Below, piece after piece: positions 56,060 to 64,000 of a stretch of DNA of 64,000 nt. The DNA is taken from contig NC_092354.1 in assembly GCF_963676685.1 (NCBI RefSeq), positions 81,530,001-81,594,000 on the forward strand. The letters are read 5' to 3'. Position 1 is the stretch's first letter. Each line of letters begins with the position of its first letter. The DNA is from Mytilus edulis. Lineage: Eukaryota. The notes beneath the pieces were generated by a model that searched no databases, was not told the origin of the DNA, and saw only the letters and a list, made by a program, of their open reading frames with translations. The translations under genes were made by a program, and so were the position numbers.

Positions 56060-56103
56060 GCGTCACTGATGAGTCTTATGTAGACGAAACGCGCGTCTGG
56101 CGT
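56060..56103 (+). ncRNA. Type I hammerhead ribozyme (family B, intact) in a ~115-bp insertion upstream of gene B
   Basis: Identical to the 39675-39718 motif. Confidence 0.92.
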
Positions 56104-56581
56104 ATTAAAATTATAATCCTGATAACTATTATGAATCATGCTGAGGTCAATAAATGAGTCAGACGTTCATCAATCTAAATTTGTGTCCAAACGGTTTTGC
56201 TCTACTGTATATATAGAAACACCTAAATAAAAGTGCATATTGTATGACAAAAGAAATGTTAAAATTGTCTTTAAAAACTGTCTTGTGGTGATAAGCTTGT
56301 TTACGATCAATTGACAGAGAGCATGTGTTATATTTGATTATTTGTTTTACATGTTTCAACCTTTATTTGTCAATGATCAGACCATCAATTGACAGGTAGC
56401 ATATGTTATATTTGACTATTGGTTTTAATCTTTAACCTTCAACCTTTATGTATGTTCAAATAAAAGAATAAAAAAAAACTTACATGAAATTAACGAAAAA
56501 AAGACGATTGAGTGCATGTTGTGATTTCAATCACTTTTTTCTGTTGGTTTTTCTTACTCTCCTCAGCTGGTGATAGGTTTG

Positions 56582-56588
56582 TATAAAT
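56582..56588 (+). promoter_or_regulatory. TATA box of gene B
   Basis: TATAAAT about 50 nt upstream of the ATG, preceded by CAGCTG as in gene A. Confidence 0.7.
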
Positions 56589-56636
56589 ACAGATAGATGA
56601 GAGATAGGTTATCACAGGATCCTAGAAACAGTACCA

Positions 56637-58616
56637 ATGGCTTCACCAATGAGTGTATTTACCATTTTTACAGTACTTGTGTGTATTCAGCAAGCTTTCG
56701 CACTCAATAAGGTCAGTAGTGTTCCCTATGGCAGCAGCATACCATATCAGGGAAATGGAATTGGTTGGCGATATGGTTTTGGAAACAATATAGGTGGTGG
56801 CTCAAGCAGTTCAGGACCTGGAGCTGGAAATCTTTGGCCAAATAATTTAGGAGGCAATATAGGTAGTGGTCCTGGAACTGGAACTCGTTGGCCAATTTAT
56901 TTAGGAGGTAATACAGGTAGTGGTCCAGGAGCTGGACCTGGTTGGCCAAACTATTTAGGAGGCAATATAGGTAGTGGTCCGGGAGCAGGAATTGATTGGC
57001 CAAATTATTCAGGAGGCAATATAGGTAGTGGTCCAGGAGCTGAACCCGTGTGGTCAAATTATTTAGGAGGCAATATAGGTAGTGGTCAAGGAGCTGGACC
57101 TGTTTGGCCAAATTATTTAGGAGGCAATATAGGTAGTGGTTCAGGAGCTGGACCTGTTTGGCCAAATTATTTAGGAGGCAATATAGGTAGTGGTCCAGGA
57201 ACAGGAATTGGTTCGCCAAATTATTTAGGAGGCAATATAGGTAGTGGTCCAGAAGATGGAACTAGTTGGCCAAATGGTTTAGGAGGCAATATAGGTATTA
57301 GTCCAGATGGTTCATGGCCGGGAGCTGGTCTTGGTATGCCATATGGTTTGGGAAGCGGAGGTGGTGGTGACCCTATCATTGCAGGACCAGCATCTGGACT
57401 TGGTGGACCATATAGGTACGGAGGTAATAATAATGGTGGATTCGGCAGACCAGGGGGATTTGGAGCAGGTATGTACCGCACTACTTTTTTATTTGATTCT
57501 TAAATAGAAAAAAAGATTGGAAAAATCCGATAAATTATGTATCTTCAAACTTCATTAAACTAAATGAATTATAACAAGTTTTAAAGAGAAGACAAAAATA
57601 TCCTTTGTTATCCACACATTGTCATTTTTCTTATGTGTTTCTAAAAGGGAGCCATGGTTTCATTATACATACCAAATATATAATATAGAAAAATCGGTTC
57701 ACAATCCTTCACACTTCAAACAAATATATATGTTCGTTTAGATAGATGTATAAATAAGGAGATCTTAATCAGTATATATTTCTTTTGTTCTTTTCTTTTT
57801 AACAAATACAAATAACCGATATACGAATATTATTGTTGCATGAAAGTCTAAAACTCCTTGATTCAAGTGGCAATAATTTGTTGAAACTAGCGTTTTGCGT
57901 CACTGATATGTTTTATTGTCCATGCCACTAACTAGTTTTGCGTTAATATTTCAATACTTATTTTAAATGATGACTAGACTTACTAACAATTTTACAAATC
58001 AAATCTTGCTTTTTTTTTTTATATGTATCAATCTTTACCAATTGTTTCCGATTTATATTTAAAAAAAATGTCATCCTTACATATAGTTATGTTTCTTTCA
58101 TAAAAAAAACACATTTTTGAATATTAATGTTCATAGGCCAAACACATTTTTTAATCGAGGAAACGATTACCCCGCTATATTCGGTGTAGAAATATACTAT
58201 TGTTTTTTTTATGAAAACTTGAATTACTTTATTTATACTTAAAATCTCAAATCTGAAAAATAATTCATCCTTTTAAAATGTACAGGTCTATTGATAATAG
58301 TATTGATCGTTTATTTTGAGATAAGAATTTTAAATTTTTACCCAGAATTCATTACATTATAACACTTAAAGTGCCTTATTGTTATACAGGAAGATGGTGG
58401 TGTACCTGTCGTAGCTGGTCCTGTCGTCAGGGAGAAATACAAATCAGCAGTCAATGTCGTCTGCCCTTCTATTCTTGGTGGAACAGAACATGTTGTAAAT
58501 GGCTGCCATGGTGGGCTTCTTATGCTTCCGGTAATGGCGGTTACCGTGGATATGGTATCAGCAGACGACCTTACGGTGGACTAATTGGAGGCAGGCGTAA
58601 ACCAAAGGCTTACTAA
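56637..58616 (+). CDS. Secreted Gly-rich repeat protein B (~352 aa), paralogue of A; exons 56637-57468 and 58390-58616
   Basis: Signal peptide MASPMSVFTIFTVLVCIQQAFA. About 9 x 18-aa repeats WPNYLGGNIGSGPGAGPV. Same phase-1 intron and same Cys module as A; ends RRKPKAY*. Confidence 0.92.
56830..57310 (+). repeat. Coding minisatellite, ~9 x 54 bp
   Basis: Recurring TTAGGAGGCAATATAGGTAGTGGT at 54-bp spacing. Confidence 0.9.
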
Positions 58617-59146
58617 ATATGACTAGGTACAATCCAATATGTATTGATTAGAAATTTATAACTACAATTATTCCCTAACAACCTACAATTTATTTCGGTG
58701 ATTATTTCTAACTCTGTGTTTCTAATTTAGGGAAGAAACGCATGGAAATTACATCCATAAAATGGTGTTCAAATTGCAAATCAACATAACATTAACTGTA
58801 ACCAAGATTCAAATTAGGCACACTTTTTTAATTAACAAAGGATTAAGATTTCTCTCGTACCATTATATCAAATGACAAGAAAAAAAAAACAACCTATAAC
58901 ATGTCCTTTACATTAGGGGTTCAATTAAAGGCTTAAAGACACCTAACGAATTGAAAATAACTGTCAAATTTCGGACTTGGTATTGTTCAAAGAACTTAAT
59001 GGATATAATCTGGCTTGGTAGCTTGGTAAACATTTTACTTCTTTGACAGCAGCATTACAGTCTATACTATTGACAGCAATGTGTGAAAAAGTAGAAGACA
59101 TACATTTTATCAAATGTTTGGCCTTTTTAAACTTTTTTGGATTCGA

Positions 59147-59190
59147 GCGTCACTGATGAGTCTTTTGTAGAAGAAACGCGCGTCTGGCGT
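59147..59190 (+). ncRNA. Family B hammerhead with a broken core-proximal stem II pair
   Basis: CTGATGA GTCT TTTGT AGAA GAAA CGCGCG TC TGGCGT. Confidence 0.75.
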
Positions 59191-60614
59191 ATATACTAAA
59201 TTTAGTCCTGGTATCTATGATGAGATTATTTACCACCACTGGGTCGATGCAACTGCTGGTGGAGATTTATTTCCCCGAGGGTATCATAAACCCAGTAGTC
59301 AGCACTTTTTGTGATATCATGAATTGTCATTTATATGGTTATATTTTTTCATTTACTGTTTACGAATTTTTTAAATACTAAGACTTCATGTGAATTTCAC
59401 GTGAGATTGATGTTAAATTCAGGTGAGCAAATATGCCTGTGTATCTATGATGAGTTTTCTTTCTTTATCAAAGGTTATATCTAACTACACGTATGCATTT
59501 CCAAAAGAGATTTGATAACAACAAAGAGGATACATTTGACGGTTGTTAAACATAGTTTTATAAACTAAAAAAAATAAAAAAAATTTAAACTGATTACAAA
59601 TTAGTTGTAAAACATACATCAAAACATTCCTCCCGCAATCGATATTAGTTGTTTTTTGTTAATATATTTTGTACATAATAAGTTCGTTAGTTTTTCCGTT
59701 AAATGGTTTTACATATTTTATTTCGGGCTCTTTTACAGTTGACTATGCGTAGTTGGCATTTTGCATTGTTGAAGGCCGTACGGTGACATGTAGCTTTAAT
59801 ATTGCTGTGTCATTCTGTCTTTTGCAGAGAATCGTCTCATTGACAATCATACCACATCGGTTTTAATTAAAATTAACACACTGATATTGATTAAATAAGT
59901 GTTGCGTTCATTGTATATTCATTAAGTATGTCATGTATATTTGAAAAATAGTTACTTTGAACAGTTTTACTATTTATCGACGTGTGTTTGGTAAAGGACT
60001 GAGTAATATAGTGAATCTCGCAACTTTATTTTATCAGGTTTCCATTTAATATTCTTTTTTTTTGGATGACACATTATTTATAGAGGGGCGAAAGATACCA
60101 AAGTAATAGTCAAACTCCTAAATTGACAATAAACTGACAACACCATGGCTAAATGAAAAAAAAGACTAACAGACAAATAATAGTACACAAAAAAAACAAC
60201 ATTGAAAACTAATGACTGATAACACGAAACCCACTAAACACTGGAGGTGATCTCATACGTTCCAAAAAGGGTAAAGGACACTAAAATCATTATGTTGATT
60301 GTTTGGCATTATTGAAAATGGTTAGACACACACGAACTGTGGTTCACATTTTCAACTTGGTAATGTAAGGGAAGATTAGTGGATGCGTTGTGTTAAATTA
60401 ATTATTTCATTGATAACTTTTCTTTGTCTTTTTTTGTAGGTAGATATATGACATGTCAACGATCTTCTTATTTTATCTTGTAAATAAATGAATCGCATCT
60501 TGATGCTAGCTTTTTATATGATACATTATCAGTACAGTAAAACAAAACCAACTAACTAGTATGCAGATGAATTTAAAAGGATATGGAAGTACAATGCAAG
60601 TTTACGTGAATTGA

Positions 60615-61522
60615 TAAAATTGAGAATGGAAATGGGGAATGAGTCAAAGAGACAACAACCCGACCAAATAAAAAAACAACAGCAGAAGGTCACCAACAGG
60701 TCTTCAATGTAGCGAGAAATTCCCGCACCCGGAGGCGTCCTTCAGCTGGCCCCTAAACAAATATATACTAGTTCAGTGATAATGAACGCCATACTAATTT
60801 CCAAATTGTACACAAGAAACTAAAATTAAAATAATACAAGACTAACAAAGGCCAGAGGCTCCTGACTTGGGACAGGCGCAAAAATGCGGCGGGGTTAATC
60901 ATGTTTGTGAGATCTCAACCCTCCCCCTATACCTCTAACCAATGTAGAAAAGTAAACGCATAACAATACGCACATTAAAATTCAGTTCAAGAGAAGTCCG
61001 AGTCTGATGTCAGAAGATGTAACCAAAGAAAATAAACAAAATGACAATAATCATGATAATACAAAAATAACAACAGACTACTAGCAGTTAACTGACATGC
61101 CAGCTCCAGACTTCAATTAAACTGACTGAAAGATTATGATTTCATCATATGAACATCAGGCACAATCCTTCCCGTTAGGGGTTTAGTATCATACCATCAT
61201 AACATATACGAGAAGAACATAACACGTGTCATGCCAACAACTGCTTTTAGAATAAATGTGTTTAGTTTTGACGCAAAGACCTTATCAGTGACTCAATATT
61301 AACGCCAAAATATGCAATCTTTAATGACATGACAACAGTATCGTAATTATATCTCTTCTTAATAAGTCTATTCAAAGGTTTTGTAAGTTTCTGAGGTGAA
61401 TACTGACACCTTTGTGCTTTATAAAGAATATTTCCATAAAAAAATGGATGTGAAATACCTGAACGTATAAGAAGTTTGCATGTTGAGCTATATTTACGAA
61501 TGGTGTCTTTATACCGATGATA
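60615..61522 (-). mobile_element. Copy of the second Penelope-like family inserted in the right duplication arm
   Basis: Reverse complement of ~44565-45461; its flanks are contiguous in the left arm (~46270-46360). Confidence 0.8.
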
Positions 61523-64000
61523 TTTTGTATATATATAGAAATGTCAGGTTTGTAATTTAATATGTGGCTGGCTTACCCTCGGTTTTTGTTTGTTATCTCG
61601 ATTTTGTTTTTTGTCCATGGATTTATGAGTTTTGAACAGCGGTATACTACTGTTGCCTTTATTTACTAAATCCTGTATATATTATACAGAATGTACACAT
61701 CCATGTATCACCATCACTGCTTGTGACCCGATATATAAATTTGTTGAAGAGTTGTCACTGGTTCAGACGTACTTATACATAATTTAATACCCATCTATTA
61801 CAACATGATGTGCATTTCATATTATCAGCTATAAAAATTTAAATCTTGAGAAAAAACGACTAATGTGACAGATAATTAACAGTACTGATGAACGGATTGG
61901 CAATCTGTTGATAATACAAACAAATGAAGACCTATTTTGCTTTCCCCTCATTTTTACCAAATGTAAACAATATTATACGAGGCGCGTTTTTGGCGTTTTA
62001 AATTTTAAATATCAAATGTCCGTTTCTGTGTGTGTTACATTTCAGTGTTGTGTCGTTGTTCTCTTCTTATATTTAATGCGTTTCCCTCGGTTTTAGTTTG
62101 TTACCCCGATTTTGTTTTTTGTCCAGGTATTTATGAGTTTTGAACAGCGGTATACTACTGTTGCCTTTATATACCACAGTTATCTTAAATTTTAGTTTCA
62201 CTATTTGTCAAATAGAAGCGTCGAACTATTTGACCAGTCAATAGGTTCTAACTATATATTTGACCGAAAAAGTAAAATCCCAAAAATACTGAACTCCGAG
62301 CACAATTCAATAGGAAAGTCCCTAATCACATGGCAACATTAAATGAAAAAAAGCCATTAAACGAATGGACAACAAATTTCATTATCCTGACTTGGTACAG
62401 GCATTTTCAAAAGTAGAAAATGGTGGATTGAAAACTATCTGCTTGCTTTGTTTAAACATTGAAGGATCATATCACTGTAATCTGGCGACATATAGATAAT
62501 TAGAAAAAACCATAAATTCGTCATTCCAAAACTATACTGTTTACTGTTACATCATGTACATTATTTATTGTGGTAAATGTTTATATGCGTTAAAAAAACT
62601 CACAAAGCTTTTTAAAAGAAGTTTTTGAATTGTGACTTGACAATCGGTTTGTTGTGGTAACTGTAAATCAAATGAAAGATTGGATCGCGGAATATAAAAA
62701 CTGTACTTAGCAGAACAAAATATTACATCTGTTTACTAGAAAAATGTAAAATCACAAAAGTACTGAACTAAAGGAAAATCAATTGAGAAAGTTCATAATC
62801 ACATGGCGAAATCAAATAACAAAACGCATCAAAAACGAATGGAAAAGAACTGTCATATTCCTGACTTTGTACAGGCATTTTCAAATGTAGATACTAGTTG
62901 ATTACTAGTATATGATCCTTTTTTCAATTATGTCCTTGTTTTGATTTACCTTACAGCTGTTTATAAATGTTATTTAATTGTTCAATTGAATTTCAAAATC
63001 AATTGTTCCATTACTCCACATTATGATACTAGTAAAATATGGCATTTAAAAATCATACATTTAGCACTTGACATAATCTTGCCCTTCTGGGATAGTTGGG
63101 AATCAAATACTCGCCAAAATGTATATGTCGGTCTTTCAGAACAATACAGTTGTCTGACTTAATATACACCGTTAGGTGTGTAATATTGTCCCCTACAAAT
63201 TTATGTTAAGGTGGTACCTAAAACTACAGGGAGACAACTCTGTAAAATCAGCTAAACGTTTTATATTACGTTGTGTTGTAAAGGAAATGTCAATGATCAA
63301 AATCGTTTAACGCATCATGTAAATGTAACGGAATTTGATGAGACTGTTATTTAAATGAGAGGGTTAGCGCTATAGAACCAGGTTTAATCCACCATTTTCT
63401 ACATTTGAAAATGCCTGTACCAAGTCAGGAATATGACAGTTCTTGTCCATTCGTTTTTGATGCGTTTTGTTTTTTGATTTTGCCATGTGATTATGGAGTT
63501 TCCAAATTGATTTTCCTCTGAGTTCAGTATTTTTGTGATTTTACTTTTTACCTACCATTATTATCTTGACGGATGGTAGTAGTGATGTGGTATTTACATA
63601 TTATTCAAGAATAACTGAAAACAGTGTGTGTTTCTATTTCTGCCTCGGGAATAGTTAACTTAAGCTGTATTTGGCAAAAACTGTAGGAATTTCTGGTCCT
63701 CAATGCTCTTCAACTTCGTACTGTTTTTGGCATTTTCTGCATTTTTTATTCGGGCTTCACTGATTAGACTTTTGAAGACGAATCGCGCGTATGGCGTAAA
63801 TATAACGTGTCGATACTGGTATATATGATGAGTTTGTTCATATTTTCGTTTTATGGACAATTTGTTATTCTTCGGTATTAATGATCTGTTTTATGGAACG
63901 AGATATAGGTAATCTCATTATAGATACCAAGATTAAAATTTGTATCTACTTTTTTTTGTAAACTCATCGATTTCAATATAACAAATTTGTATGCAATTGC

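Larger units (their letters stand above)
45960..62245. repeat. Inverted segmental duplication: left arm ~45960-53345, right arm ~55548-62245, ~2.2-kb spacer
   Basis: Collinear reverse-complement matches: 53285-53341 with 55551-55607; 50390-50870 with 55866-56560; introns; 47235-47400 with 59485-59640; 46350-46500 with 60440-60595; 46215-46258 with 61786-61830; 45965-46050 with 62178-62245. Confidence 0.88.

Noticed and set aside
56713-57481. Minus-strand ORFs of 168 and 86 aa
   Set aside because: Antisense shadows of gene B
44565-61522. 44565-45461 and 60615-61522 as outer TIRs or part of the duplication arms
   Set aside because: The right copy interrupts arm sequence that is contiguous on the left, so these are independent insertions of a common retroelement
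63753-63797. Further hammerhead-like motifs (also ~10597-10640 and ~42785-42830)
   Set aside because: Multiple core mutations; decayed family B copies

Overview
AT-rich eukaryotic DNA. The repeat families and retrozymes point to a bivalve, probably Mytilus (inference). Three main systems are present. (1) A 21.6-kb DDE DNA transposon (15249-36843; TAC...GTA ends, ~380-400-bp minisatellite-built TIRs, perfect 6-bp TSD GGATTA, IS3EU-like). It encodes a spliced integrase-type transposase and, convergently, a spliced SAM-like/HECT E3 ubiquitin ligase gene. A young BEL/Pao LTR element lacking RT sits in the transposase intron, and several MITEs and HINEs are nested inside. (2) A ~16-kb inverted duplication carrying two divergently transcribed two-exon genes for secreted Gly/Trp/Pro-rich repeat proteins. 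Both end in an alpha-defensin-like six-Cys module (C-x-C-R-x3-C-x2-G-E...CC) and a basic ...RKPKAY tail, and the Cys module is 100% identical between the paralogues at DNA level. (3) Three families of minimal type I hammerhead ribozymes with covarying stems, including a tandem ~350-bp retrozyme array at 41.3-42.7 kb. The remainder is Penelope-like RT fragments, a tRNA-derived SINE, MITEs and satellite-like arrays. All coordinates were counted by hand.
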